Assembly: GCA_029571005.1 (NCBI GenBank)
Contig: JAKPTG010000095.1
Span: 1 to 56,250, forward strand
DNA length: 56,250 nt
Source of the DNA: Candidatus Fermentibacterota bacterium
Lineage (GTDB): Bacteria > Fermentibacterota > Fermentibacteria > Fermentibacterales > JCC-6
Direction of reading: 5' to 3'
In this document: in pieces, positions 9,292 through 19,120 of the stretch
How the letters are laid out: the number at the start of each line of letters is the position of its first letter
Numbering within the stretch: position 1 is the first letter of the stretch
Program-made: the position numbers and the translations under genes
The notes under the pieces: generated by a model
Told to the model about the DNA's origin: nothing
Databases searched by the model: none
The model's input: the letters and a program-made list of their open reading frames with translations, nothing else

Positions 9292-10290
9292 TCAAATCCT
9301 CCGCTTGGTGTTGGAAAGAAGCTCCAAATCCGCATCTACCATTTCCCTGACGAGCCCGTCGAACCGGGTTTCCGGCCGCCAGCCCAGCAGCCGCCGCGCC
9401 TTGGTCGCATCGCCCCGCAGGAAATCCACTTCCGTGGGCCTCATGAAGCGCTGATCCGTCTTCACATAGTTTCTCCAGTCGAGGTCAAGGTACCCGAACG
9501 CCTCATCCAGAAACTCCCTGACGGTGTGGGTCTCCCCGGTGGCGACCACATAGTCGCCGGGGCTGTCCTGCTGAAGCATGGCGTGCATCGCCTTGACGTA
9601 GTCCCGGGCGTGGCCCCAGTCCCTTCCGGACTCCAGGTTGCCCAGCACAAGAGAGTCGGAGAGCCCCAGCTTGATGGCCGCGGCTCCCAGGGTGATTTTC
9701 CTTGTGACGAAATTCTCACCCCGTCTCGGTGACTCATGATTGAACAGTATCCCGTTGGAGGCATGAAGGCCGTAGGCCTCCCGACAGTTCACCACCATCC
9801 AGTGGGCGCACAGCTTGGACGCCGCATAGGGGCTTCGGGGCAGGAAAGGGGTGTCCTCGTTCTGCGGGGGAGCGCCGGATCCGAACATCTCGCTGGTTCC
9901 GGCCTGGTAGAACCTGCACTTTCCAGCAAGCCCCGTGTCCCTCAGGGCGTCAAGAAGCCTGACGACTCCAAGAGCGTTCACATCGGCGGTGTACTCCGGC
10001 ATCTGGAAGGAGATGCCCACATGGCTCTGGGCGGCAAGGTTGTAAACCTCGTCGGGCTGCACCTTCTCCAGAATGCGGTTCAATGCGCTGGAATCGGTCA
10101 GATCGCCGTAATGCAGGAACAGGGTCCGCCCGTAAATCGACTCGTTCCCGATCATGGACTCGATGCGCTCCCTGTTGAGGCTGCTGGCGCGGCGCACGAC
10201 GCCGTGCACCGTGTAGCCCAGCTCCAGCAGGTACTCCGTGAGGTAGGACCCGTCCTGACCGGTGATGCCGGTGATCAAAGCCTTCTTCAA
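9292..10290 (-). CDS. gmd: GDP-mannose 4,6-dehydratase
   Basis: [60 protein letters not shown]. Confidence 0.97.
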   Translation of the reverse strand: MKKALITGITGQDGSYLTEYLLELGYTVHGVVRRASSLNRERIESMIGNESIYGRTLFLHYGDLTDSSALNRILEKVQPDEVYNLAAQSHVGISFQMPEYTADVNALGVVRLLDALRDTGLAGKCRFYQAGTSEMFGSGAPPQNEDTPFLPRSPYAASKLCAHWMVVNCREAYGLHASNGILFNHESPRRGENFVTRKITLGAAAIKLGLSDSLVLGNLESGRDWGHARDYVKAMHAMLQQDSPGDYVVATGETHTVREFLDEAFGYLDLDWRNYVKTDQRFMRPTEVDFLRGDATKARRLLGWRPETRFDGLVREMVDADLELLSNTKRRI

Positions 10291-10329
10291 GAAAAAAGAC
10301 CTCCCAAATAAAAAGTCGGGGGTAAAATA

Positions 10330-11049
10330 CTACCTTCGGTCGGGAGAACCCAAGACCGCTTTCAGACTTCTCCTCTCGGCAGCCCAGCGGGGGTCGAGCA
10401 CCGGCCCCGGTATCGATCGGAAAGGCCTGCGCCATGCGTACGGAGGCAAGCCCCTTCTGAGAAAGAGTTCCGTGCCTTCCGCCACCACCCTCCACTTCCA
10501 CTCCCTCTCGCCCATCCCCCACCCGGCAAGGGCCTCCGGCAAACCTGTCGGATCGCGGCCCAGGTGGCAGGCTTCCAGAAGGGCTATCGTGGTCCAGGGA
10601 AAACCGGCGGAATCCGGGGCGGAGCCATCCTGCCCTCCGGCTCCGGATACCCTCTCCGCCCGGGCTTTGAGTACGGGAATGTCCACCAGCTCAAGGCATC
10701 TCTCCCAATCACCCCTGGCCTCGGCCAAAAGGTACAGAGGCCCCCTTGCAAGGGCTGCGGCCCTGGATTCCATCCCCTCCGCCAGCCTTGCCCGGCGGGC
10801 CTCGTCGAAGACCGATTCGGCTTCCTTCCAAAGGCCTGCGCGGCAGAGCACATCCCCCAGCACCGACAGCCCCGCACCGTTCCGGGGAAGCAGCCGCGCC
10901 GCAGCCAGCGCCTGGGAAGTCTGCCCGAGTTCCAGGAGGATCCGGATCTCCCGCCGCCCAAGTTTTAACGCCGCCCCGGGGTCGCTTTCGGATTTCATCC
11001 TCTGCCTCACTCGAAGGAGTTGACAGCCGCCCTGTCTTTGATTACCCAT
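10330..11049 (-). CDS. Hypothetical protein, TPR-like helical repeats
   Basis: LLELGQTSQAL...LGDVLCRAGLWKEAESVF has a TPR-like pattern; fills the space upstream of gmd. Start uncertain. Confidence 0.6.
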   Translation of the reverse strand: MGNQRQGGCQLLRVRQRMKSESDPGAALKLGRREIRILLELGQTSQALAAARLLPRNGAGLSVLGDVLCRAGLWKEAESVFDEARRARLAEGMESRAAALARGPLYLLAEARGDWERCLELVDIPVLKARAERVSGAGGQDGSAPDSAGFPWTTIALLEACHLGRDPTGLPEALAGWGMGEREWKWRVVAEGTELFLRRGLPPYAWRRPFRSIPGPVLDPRWAAERRSLKAVLGSPDRR

Positions 11050-11076
11050 GACCTACCAATTCGGATGGAGCTGCAA

Positions 11077-11850
11077 ATGGATAAACTCTTCCGCGACATC
11101 GTGTCTGACAAAACCCCGGGTGCGTCGGAAACATACATAAAAATCCTCAATCACATCATTCTGGGCAACCTGAAGGACCCAGACCTGCCCGAGGCCCTGA
11201 AGGCTTCCGCCAACGATATGGTACCCCTCCACTACCTCGCCAAGCGGCTCTCCCGGGAGCCGGTGTTCCGGTGGAAGGACACCGCCGGCGAAATGCAGCG
11301 GGAAATCAGACAGCAGGTCATCGAGGCGGGAATCCAGTTGTACAAGCAGCTGAGGGCGACCGGCAACATCCTTCTGTGCCACAGCAGGAGCGGCTCCGTG
11401 CTCAAGGCCTTGGAACACAGGAAAAACAGGGTTGACACCGTTTATCAAACCGTCTCCAGGCCCGGAGAAGAGGGACGGAGCGCGGCGGAAACCCTGGAAC
11501 TCAGCGGCTTTCGGGTGAAGCTGATTGACGACGACGACTTCCGCGAGTCCATCGGAATGGGCGCGGTGCCGATCCTTGGAGCCGATGCGATCACCGAGGA
11601 GTTCATCGTGAACAAGGTGGGGTCTCTGGACATAGTGGAAGCGGCCCTGGCTGCGGATGTGTCTCCGATCTTCCTGGCCGGCAGGGAAAAAATCATTCAG
11701 GCGGAAGTCTATGGAAACCGCCCGGAGAGCCCCTTCTTCGAGAGAATTCCCCTGAAGGGGCTCAAGGTGGTGATCGGCCCGCAGTTGTTCGCCCTGCCGA
11801 AACACTCCCAACGGCTGGAAGCCTTGATAGGCAGCCGGGATCCATTCTGA
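11077..11850 (+). CDS. eIF-2B alpha/beta/delta-like (IF-2B family) protein
   Basis: SDKTPGASE, LCHSRSGSV, SRPGEEG, LGADAI...IVNKVGS, FFERIP motifs; GGAG RBS before ATG 11077. Confidence 0.8.
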   Translation: MDKLFRDIVSDKTPGASETYIKILNHIILGNLKDPDLPEALKASANDMVPLHYLAKRLSREPVFRWKDTAGEMQREIRQQVIEAGIQLYKQLRATGNILLCHSRSGSVLKALEHRKNRVDTVYQTVSRPGEEGRSAAETLELSGFRVKLIDDDDFRESIGMGAVPILGADAITEEFIVNKVGSLDIVEAALAADVSPIFLAGREKIIQAEVYGNRPESPFFERIPLKGLKVVIGPQLFALPKHSQRLEALIGSRDPF

Positions 11851-11851
11851 C

Positions 11852-14497
11852 ATGAATTCCGGAGACCTTTTCGAGGGGCACTGGCGTACCCTGGAAAAGG
11901 TTTTCCTGAGGGTTTTGGAAGGGTCTCCCGAAAGGCCCCTGGCGGTTGTCACCGCCGGGTACCCACTGCTGGAAAGAGTCCTGACGCTGCTGGAATCCTC
12001 CGGACAAGGCGATATGGCCGGGGTCCAGTTCTTTCCTGGAATACCCAGGCTGGCCCTGAAGCTCTCGCCCCTTCCGCCCCCCCCTCCCCCATCACCGGCG
12101 GATGTTGCGGCCTGCGCCCTGGCGGCCCTGGACGACCCGGACAGGGCGGTCCGGGGCGGTGCCTTTCTGTCGGGCCTGATGGAGCAGGGAATCGGCCCCG
12201 CCGAGTTCCGTCTGGTGCTCCAGTCTCTGCCGGATGAGCCCGGGCGCTCCGCCTGGAGCACCCTCGACAACCTGGAGACTTTCTGCCGCGAGCTGGATTC
12301 GGTGCAGCCCAGAAGAAGCGACACGCTCCTCAGGGAAAAGCCCGCCCCTGCCTTCAGGCGGGTTTTCTTCTACGGATTCTACGATCTGAACCCCGGCCAG
12401 AGAAGATTCGTCAAGGCCCTTTCGGAAACCACCTCAATGCATTGGTTCAGCCCCGTTCACCCTTCATCGCCCTGGGGAAGCGTCTATTCCCGAACGGGCG
12501 GCTTCCTTGGAAAACTGTTCCAGGGGCGACGTCACAGGACGGACGCAGCCACTCCCCTCTCTCCGACGGCCCGGCTGGGGGAAAGCCTTCTGACCGGCAA
12601 AGCCGTCTCTCCGCCGCCGGGGGTGGAAAGCGTCCTCTGCGGCAGCGGCATCGCTTTCGATGCGGCGCTGGTGAAGGCCGTCGGCGACATGCTCGGGTTC
12701 CGGCCCGGCTTCAAGGTGGCGGTAAGCGCCGGAAGCGGGGACCGCCGCCGGATCATTATTGCCCTGAACCTGGCCGGCATTCCGACCAACCCGGGAGTGT
12801 CGCTGGCCTGGAGCGACACCCCCTTCGGCCGTTTCCTGCTGGAAGCCTGCTCGCTGCCTCTCTGGAACTGGCATCATCTGAAAATACAGAGACTGCTGAG
12901 TTCAGGGATCATCTTCGGGCAGAGCGCCGCCGGGTACATGGAAGCGGTCGCCGCCCGGGGAGCCAGGTTCGGAGAATCGGCCCTGGCACCTCTGGAAATG
13001 GGGTTCGCCGATGAACTGGCCCGGTTCCGGAAAGATCTGCCGGAAAAAGCGCCGCCGGCCGTGTTCCTCAAATGCCTCGAGCGGCTTGTATCGAACCCCG
13101 CCGGCACACCGCTCCCCCCCTCCCTGTTCCGGGACGTATTCGATCCCCTTTTGTGGCGCAGCCGGCGAAACGTTGACCTGGACGGGTTCAGGACGATGCT
13201 CGCAGCCCAGCTTGACGCCACGGGCTGGGAGCTGTTCCCCGGCAAGGCCGATGGAGTCAGCGTGCTTTCGCCGGAACAGATCCGGGGAACCCTCTTCGAC
13301 GGGGTGGTGGTCACGGGCCTCGAGGAGGAGGTGCTGCCCTCGCGTCCCGAGGAGGACCCCAGGTTTCCGACCACCCTGAGGAGGGCGCTGGAGATGTCCA
13401 CGGGAGACACCAGGGAGAAGGAGGAAGCTTTCGTCCTGAGGCAGGTATTCGAGGCCGCGGGGGAAAGGTTGACCCTGGTGGTCCGCACCCGGGATTCGGA
13501 GGGTGGAAGCCTGATGCCTTCGCCGTTCATATCCGCACTTCTGGCGGACCCGAAGGTCCCGGTGCTCAGAGTACGGGACTATGCGCCGGAGCTTATGCCG
13601 ACCCCTTCGACCCCCCCATTCCTCCAGCAGTCGCTGCTGGCCGAGAGGGAAAGGCTTGTCCACAGGTTTTTCGGCCCCCATGACGGGATTATCGGACCGG
13701 GGCGCTTCACCCCCCCCGTCGGGGTGAGCGCCACCATGCTGGAGGACTACCTGAACTGCCCCTTCAGGTATATGGCGCGGTCGGTATGGAAGCTCCGGGA
13801 ACCGCCGGACACCCAGGTGAGGTCCTTCCCCGACCCGGGGTCCCACGGCAGGATGCTTCACCGTTCCCTGGAACTGATTCTCTCGGGGAAGACCATGGAA
13901 GCCGCCGTGGAGGAAACCCTCGGGGAGAAGGATCTGGTGGCGGAGCTGGGCTCGGAATCGTTCGCCTCCAATTACCGGGAAGTGCTTCTGAAAAGGGTGG
14001 GGTCGGTGATGGAGTACTTCACCGAAAATGAAATCCGTCCCCTGGCCGGTGAAGTGGCATTGGAGGGTACCATTGCGGGAATCCCCGCCAGGGGCAGGAT
14101 GGACATACTGGCGGAAAGCCCCGCGGGAATCATAGCCCTCGACCTGAAAACCGGGAGTCCCGACAAAACGGCCAATCCCCTGCAGAAAAAGAACCTCTTC
14201 CAGCTCCCCGTGTACTACGTCCTCTGTCCCGACAGGCCGGCGGAGCTGGGCTATCTCCACATACACCACTCCGGCGCACCGGTTTTGAACCGGGTGACCG
14301 CAGGCCAGGTGGAAGCGGAGCTTCCCGAGGTGGAAGCGCGGATCAGAACCATTTTCGACAGAATCCGGGCGGGGGTCTTCCCTCCCTCGGGGAACCCCGA
14401 GATCTGCCGTTTCTGCGGATTCAAGAGCCTCTGCAGGATATCTCCGGGTACTCGTCTCAAGGGGAAGGAGGTCCATGAAGAGCCAGCCTCCCCCTGA
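11852..14497 (+). CDS. addB: AddB-like DNA repair subunit (inactive helicase plus PD-(D/E)xK nuclease with Fe-S cysteines)
   Basis: YGFYDLNP, SATMLEDYLNCPFRY, HGRMLHRSLE, RGRMDIL, LDLKTG, FQLPVY, CRFCGFKSLC; overlaps the downstream UvrD helicase. Confidence 0.82.
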   Translation: MNSGDLFEGHWRTLEKVFLRVLEGSPERPLAVVTAGYPLLERVLTLLESSGQGDMAGVQFFPGIPRLALKLSPLPPPPPPSPADVAACALAALDDPDRAVRGGAFLSGLMEQGIGPAEFRLVLQSLPDEPGRSAWSTLDNLETFCRELDSVQPRRSDTLLREKPAPAFRRVFFYGFYDLNPGQRRFVKALSETTSMHWFSPVHPSSPWGSVYSRTGGFLGKLFQGRRHRTDAATPLSPTARLGESLLTGKAVSPPPGVESVLCGSGIAFDAALVKAVGDMLGFRPGFKVAVSAGSGDRRRIIIALNLAGIPTNPGVSLAWSDTPFGRFLLEACSLPLWNWHHLKIQRLLSSGIIFGQSAAGYMEAVAARGARFGESALAPLEMGFADELARFRKDLPEKAPPAVFLKCLERLVSNPAGTPLPPSLFRDVFDPLLWRSRRNVDLDGFRTMLAAQLDATGWELFPGKADGVSVLSPEQIRGTLFDGVVVTGLEEEVLPSRPEEDPRFPTTLRRALEMSTGDTREKEEAFVLRQVFEAAGERLTLVVRTRDSEGGSLMPSPFISALLADPKVPVLRVRDYAPELMPTPSTPPFLQQSLLAERERLVHRFFGPHDGIIGPGRFTPPVGVSATMLEDYLNCPFRYMARSVWKLREPPDTQVRSFPDPGSHGRMLHRSLELILSGKTMEAAVEETLGEKDLVAELGSESFASNYREVLLKRVGSVMEYFTENEIRPLAGEVALEGTIAGIPARGRMDILAESPAGIIALDLKTGSPDKTANPLQKKNLFQLPVYYVLCPDRPAELGYLHIHHSGAPVLNRVTAGQVEAELPEVEARIRTIFDRIRAGVFPPSGNPEICRFCGFKSLCRISPGTRLKGKEVHEEPASP

Positions 14498-17396
14498 TCA
14501 GCACTCCCGGAACGAAATCACCCTGGAACGGCTTCACAGCGTGGTCGTCGAGGCCGGCGCCGGAACCGGCAAAACGACCCTGCTGACCCAGCGGGTCCAC
14601 AACCTCGTGATGGAGCACGGCATTCCCCTGGACAACCTTGCCGTGGTGACCTTCACCAAGGCCGCAGCCGCGGAACTCAGGGTGAGAATCAGAGACCGTC
14701 TTCCCCGTGAAACCCCCGGACTCGGCTCCGCCTGGATAGACACCATCCACGGTTTCGCCTCCCGGGTACTCCGGGAATACTCTCATCTGACCGGGGTCTG
14801 CCCGGATTTCAGAATCGAAACCTCCCATTTCAGCCCGCTGGAGCGGAGAATGCTCTGGGACCTCCACCTGGCCGGCCTGAATCCGGACGACGCCCGGAAG
14901 AGCATGGAAGCACTGGTGAAACCGGGCTCCGAGGCCCTGAGGGAGTTGTCCTCGGAAATCGAGTCGGTTCCCTGGATAACCGGAACGGATCCTTTCGGCG
15001 ACTGTGCAGCTTACCTGGGCGGAGGCAGGGATGAGCTCCTGGCCGGTCTGAAAACCCTGGCGGACCTGTGCGATGACCCCGCAGACAAGCTGCGGCTGAG
15101 TATCGCCGGGGCCCTGGACACCCTTGAAGGAAGCGGCGGCTTCTCGGCGGTGGGCGCCCTCAACCTCAGAGCCGGGTCCGCAAAGAACTGGGGGGGAGCG
15201 GAGGAACTCCGAAGGGTAAAGGAGGAACTGCGGAACCTCCGGAACACCGCCGCTCACCTCGAATCGGTGGAGCTTTTCAGCACCGTCGCGCCGGTGATGG
15301 AAAGGGTGGTCATCCCCTGCGCCCTGGAAGTCAGGAGGCTCTGGGCGGAACACAGGGCCAGGCTCTCCTACGACGATCTTCTCCGAACCGCCTGTAACGC
15401 AATCCATGAAAACCCGGCCCTGGCGGCGGAGCTTTCGTCCAGATTTCAGCACATACTCATAGACGAGTTCCAAGACACCAGCAAGCTGCAGGCGGACCTG
15501 TTTCTGGGCTTTCTCTCGGAGGCCGGCCTCGATGGGCGCCTCACCATAGTGGGCGATCCGAAACAATCCATTTACGGCTGGCGGAACGCAGACGTGGAAA
15601 CCTACCGGGAAACCGTCGAAAGGGTCCGCCGCTGCGGAGCCCTCTGCAGAACCATCTCCACCAACTTCAGATCCCGCCGGGCGCTGATTGATTTCATAAA
15701 CGCCTTCGGGAACAGGCTCTTCTCGGATGCCCCGCCGGAGGAGGAACCCTTCGGCTCGTGCTATTCGCCGCTGCTTCCGGCTCCCGGCGCCGAGACCGGC
15801 CCCAGGCCGCTGGTTCTGAGATTCCCCGACGCCCCGGACGGTGAGTCCGGCGCCGACCACAAGGCCGCGGTACAGGCGGAAGCCGTTGCGGAAATGCTTG
15901 AGGGGCGGAACCCTGGCGACTGGGCCGTCCTCTTCCGAAGCGCCACCAGGCTGGAGACCCTCATGACCGCCCTCGAGGCCAAGGGCATTCCCTTCAATGT
16001 GGAGGCGGGCAGAGACTTCAAGAACCGTCTCGAGGTTCAGGACACGGCCATGCTCATCCGGGCGGTCATGGACCCCGGCGATACCTGGGCCCTGGCCCAC
16101 ACGCTTCGGTCAATGTACTTCGGGCTGGACGATCCGACCATCACCGACGCCCTGCTCGGTTCCCCGAACCCCGAGGCCGCGCAGGCCGGCGAACTCATCG
16201 CGAGCCTTCGGCCCGCGGCGGAGAACCTGTCTCCCGACCTGTTCCTCGAAACGGTCTTCAGGGTCACATGCGTCACCGAAGCGGTGAGGAGGAGCGGCTA
16301 CGAGGTCACCCGAAGGCTGTCCAACCTGAGGGGCATCCTGGAGAGGGCGAGGGACTGCACGGGTATGGACGTGCTGCTGGACGTCCTTGACGGCGCCGCC
16401 GGCCAGGCCTTCGAAGAGCCCTCCGGCCTCCCCGAAGGCGGCGATTCGGTGACCCTCAGCACCATCCACCGGGCCAAGGGCCTGGCATGGAAAAACGTCA
16501 TACTGCTGTACCCGGGACAGGGCGGCGGGAACCGCGGCTCCCCCCTCCTGACGGATCAAAGAACGGGCCGCGCCGCAGTGAAGCTGGGTGAACGACGAAG
16601 CCCCCATTACTTCCACCTTGCCGCCAGGGAAAAGGCCAGGGCGACGGCCGAGTTCCGTCGGCTTCTCTACGTGGCCGTCACCAGACCCATGGAAAGACTG
16701 GTGATTTTTGCCAATTCGGCCCGGGGAAACGACGGCCCCTCGGCGATCCTTTTCGATGCGCTCGAAGGCGCCGCCGGCTTTTTCGAGCAGGAGACACTGC
16801 CCTCTGCATGCGTGGACGTCCTGCACCCCCGCATGATGAAAGACGGCCTGGAATCCCGGGGCTCTCCCGTGATCCCGCCGACGGCCCCTCCCGGACCCGA
16901 CCCCTCGGCCCGGGCGAAAAGGCTGGGCAACGAAGTCCACGGCCTGCTGGAAAAGATAGACCTTGAACACCCGGAGGAATGGCTTCGAACGCACCTGCCC
17001 GGGCTTCGAGGGGAGATGGAGTTCCCCGACGAGGCCGCCCGGCTTGCGATGGTTTTTTTCAGGGTGAAGCTGCCCTTCGATCCCGCCGGAGCGGAAGTCG
17101 TGGGCAGGGAATACCCGCTGCTGTCCGGGGGAAGGATTCTTTATGTGGACCTGCTCCTGGACGTCGGAAGGAGCCTGGAGGTGGTGGACTTCAAGACCGA
17201 CGGCCCGGACTCGCTGGAAAAGCTCCTTCCGGAGTACAGGGCAAAGCTGGACCGGTACGCAGAGACCCTGGAAAAAACCACGGGGAAACCGGTGGGACGG
17301 AATCTGGTTCTGCTTCAGAGCGGCGGATGTATCTCGTGGACGGACCCCTCCCCCTCGACGGCCGAGGGGGAGGGACTTCAGCACAATCAGTCGTAG
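14475..17396 (+). CDS. addA: AddA-like UvrD-family helicase/nuclease
   Basis: VEAGAGTGKT, TFTKAAA.EL, TIHGF, IDEFQDT, VGDPKQSIYGWR, NFRS, STIHRAKG, LLYVAVTR, C-terminal VVDFKT nuclease motif. Confidence 0.88.
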   Translation: MKSQPPPDQHSRNEITLERLHSVVVEAGAGTGKTTLLTQRVHNLVMEHGIPLDNLAVVTFTKAAAAELRVRIRDRLPRETPGLGSAWIDTIHGFASRVLREYSHLTGVCPDFRIETSHFSPLERRMLWDLHLAGLNPDDARKSMEALVKPGSEALRELSSEIESVPWITGTDPFGDCAAYLGGGRDELLAGLKTLADLCDDPADKLRLSIAGALDTLEGSGGFSAVGALNLRAGSAKNWGGAEELRRVKEELRNLRNTAAHLESVELFSTVAPVMERVVIPCALEVRRLWAEHRARLSYDDLLRTACNAIHENPALAAELSSRFQHILIDEFQDTSKLQADLFLGFLSEAGLDGRLTIVGDPKQSIYGWRNADVETYRETVERVRRCGALCRTISTNFRSRRALIDFINAFGNRLFSDAPPEEEPFGSCYSPLLPAPGAETGPRPLVLRFPDAPDGESGADHKAAVQAEAVAEMLEGRNPGDWAVLFRSATRLETLMTALEAKGIPFNVEAGRDFKNRLEVQDTAMLIRAVMDPGDTWALAHTLRSMYFGLDDPTITDALLGSPNPEAAQAGELIASLRPAAENLSPDLFLETVFRVTCVTEAVRRSGYEVTRRLSNLRGILERARDCTGMDVLLDVLDGAAGQAFEEPSGLPEGGDSVTLSTIHRAKGLAWKNVILLYPGQGGGNRGSPLLTDQRTGRAAVKLGERRSPHYFHLAAREKARATAEFRRLLYVAVTRPMERLVIFANSARGNDGPSAILFDALEGAAGFFEQETLPSACVDVLHPRMMKDGLESRGSPVIPPTAPPGPDPSARAKRLGNEVHGLLEKIDLEHPEEWLRTHLPGLRGEMEFPDEAARLAMVFFRVKLPFDPAGAEVVGREYPLLSGGRILYVDLLLDVGRSLEVVDFKTDGPDSLEKLLPEYRAKLDRYAETLEKTTGKPVGRNLVLLQSGGCISWTDPSPSTAEGEGLQHNQS

Positions 17397-17418
17397 AGTG
17401 AGAATGCCTCGGATTCGC

Positions 17419-18987
17419 TCAGTTTTCCCCGATGCGCCGGAACGACACGGCGATATCCCCCGTCCCCATGCCGGAATAGGTCTGCACCCTGAGGATCGCT
17501 CTTCCGATCTGCCCGGCGGTGGGCACGAACTCCGCATAAGAATTGAGGCTGGAGCCACCGTCATCGTCGTAGATTTCAGACCCGTCGGCAAAGGTCAGGG
17601 TGATGACCGGATCGAGCCCATAGCTCTCAGCGGAAACGGAGTATCTGTACCCTTCCACAATGTTCAGCGCGAAAACGCCATAGGGGGTTCGGGGGGCGAC
17701 GGAGAGGTTGATCGTGTTCCCCTGCCTCAACACGAGGGTGTCGGGCACAAACGGGACTTCCGGTTCAATCTCGAATTCCACCCGTGACGCCGGCGTTCTG
17801 CCGTAAAGCATCACCAGGGCAAGGTAGGTTCCGGGCTCGAGGTCAAGCACGAGGCCGGGATCCAGGCCGTCGTAGTCATCGTTGTAATCCAGGAAGCAGG
17901 CTTCCTCGGGGCTCTCGTAGCTCAGCAGGGTCAGGGTGCAGTCCATCTCCGAGGCCGCCGAGATTCTGTACGTCCCCGCCCGCTCCACCACGAAACCAAA
18001 CCCCGCCACCGGGGATGAAGCGGCTACTCTCGAGTAATGGTAGTCCTCGTCTATCCCCGGCCAGTACGTCACGGCCAACTGCCGCTCGGCTATTTCCCCC
18101 GAGGCGGAACCGGGTACTCCAACCCAGGTGACTCTCGCTTCCTCAAGCTCAAAGGGCTGCACGGAAAGCCTGAAATCACCGGGTAAAGAACCGTAGTAAC
18201 TGTTGACCAGGGCTCCGTAGGTGCCGGGCTCCAGGATCAACAGCAGTTTCGAGTTCAAGTTGCCGCCGGCATCGTCGTCCACCGCCAGGAAACGGGTCCT
18301 GCCCCGGTTTATGGAAATCAGCGCCAGATAGGCGTCGAAATCCTCGGATTCCAGCGATATGCAGTGATACCCTTCCTCCGCCACCACAAAGGGCACCAGG
18401 ACCGCATTCTGCCAATCCGATATGTAGATCTCCGAGCCTCTGAGATCCCGGACCAGGTCGTCCATCGTATCGTCTTTCTTGCCGGCGACCAGGCTCGACA
18501 TCATGGAGCCGGTATCGAGGGTGGCCGCAGCCGTCCACTCCTCCAGATCTTTCGAGGTCCCTTCCGTAACCGAGACGGAGGCGGTTCCGAGGTCGCCGTT
18601 GACGCCCCAGACCAGCAGGCTCGCCCCGGACGGCACTTCGGCAAGTACGATCCTGCAGTCAACCTCACCGGCCCAGTCGTCGTTCACCGCCAGCACCGCA
18701 CCATCACCGTCCACCACCGCCATCGCCGGATCGAACCTGCCACGCGCGACGGCCTGAATAACGGTTTTATCACCCGGTTTCAGCTTCATGCTCACACAGT
18801 TGAAGCTTGCCCGCACCGGAAGCCCGGCTTCAAGAAGAGCCGTTTCGGGATCGGACAGAACCTGGTCTATCCTGGGGCATGATGCGACGATCTCGGCTTC
18901 CGCCGTGTCTCCGGGGCCCAGTCCGCCTCTTAAAAAGCAACCGGACACCGCCGCCAGGACGACGGCGAACAGCAGTCCCCTCTTCAT
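17419..18987 (-). CDS. Lipoprotein with about four PPC (pre-peptidase C-terminal)-like repeats
   Basis: Lipobox AVSGC; repeated FDP/FDA...NDD/DDD-x-G motifs (NDDWAG, DDDAGGNLNSKL, YNDDYDGLDP, DDDGGSSLNS) and LEPGTY. Confidence 0.78.
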   Translation of the reverse strand: MKRGLLFAVVLAAVSGCFLRGGLGPGDTAEAEIVASCPRIDQVLSDPETALLEAGLPVRASFNCVSMKLKPGDKTVIQAVARGRFDPAMAVVDGDGAVLAVNDDWAGEVDCRIVLAEVPSGASLLVWGVNGDLGTASVSVTEGTSKDLEEWTAAATLDTGSMMSSLVAGKKDDTMDDLVRDLRGSEIYISDWQNAVLVPFVVAEEGYHCISLESEDFDAYLALISINRGRTRFLAVDDDAGGNLNSKLLLILEPGTYGALVNSYYGSLPGDFRLSVQPFELEEARVTWVGVPGSASGEIAERQLAVTYWPGIDEDYHYSRVAASSPVAGFGFVVERAGTYRISAASEMDCTLTLLSYESPEEACFLDYNDDYDGLDPGLVLDLEPGTYLALVMLYGRTPASRVEFEIEPEVPFVPDTLVLRQGNTINLSVAPRTPYGVFALNIVEGYRYSVSAESYGLDPVITLTFADGSEIYDDDGGSSLNSYAEFVPTAGQIGRAILRVQTYSGMGTGDIAVSFRRIGEN

Positions 18988-19067
18988 CTCTCCTCCATTC
19001 GTTGTGTGGGTGTCCTGCGAATCCTGAAATGTTTTTTACCGTACGAGATCATAACCACCACGAACGA

Positions 19068-19100
19068 CAAAAGACAAACCGGGGCGCCGAAGCGCCCCGG
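19068..19100 (-). terminator. Intrinsic terminator of the C25 peptidase gene
   Basis: Minus strand reads CCGGGGCGC-TTCG-GCGCCCCGG followed by TTTGTCTTTTG, 20 nt after the stop. Confidence 0.85.
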
Positions 19101-19120
19101 TACATCGAGGTTCTGGGAAT

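Noticed and set aside
12067-12096. C-rich run encoding PLPPPPPPSP in addB as a phase-variation tract
   Set aside because: The longest homopolymer is only 8 C, the frame is intact, and such runs are common at this GC content.
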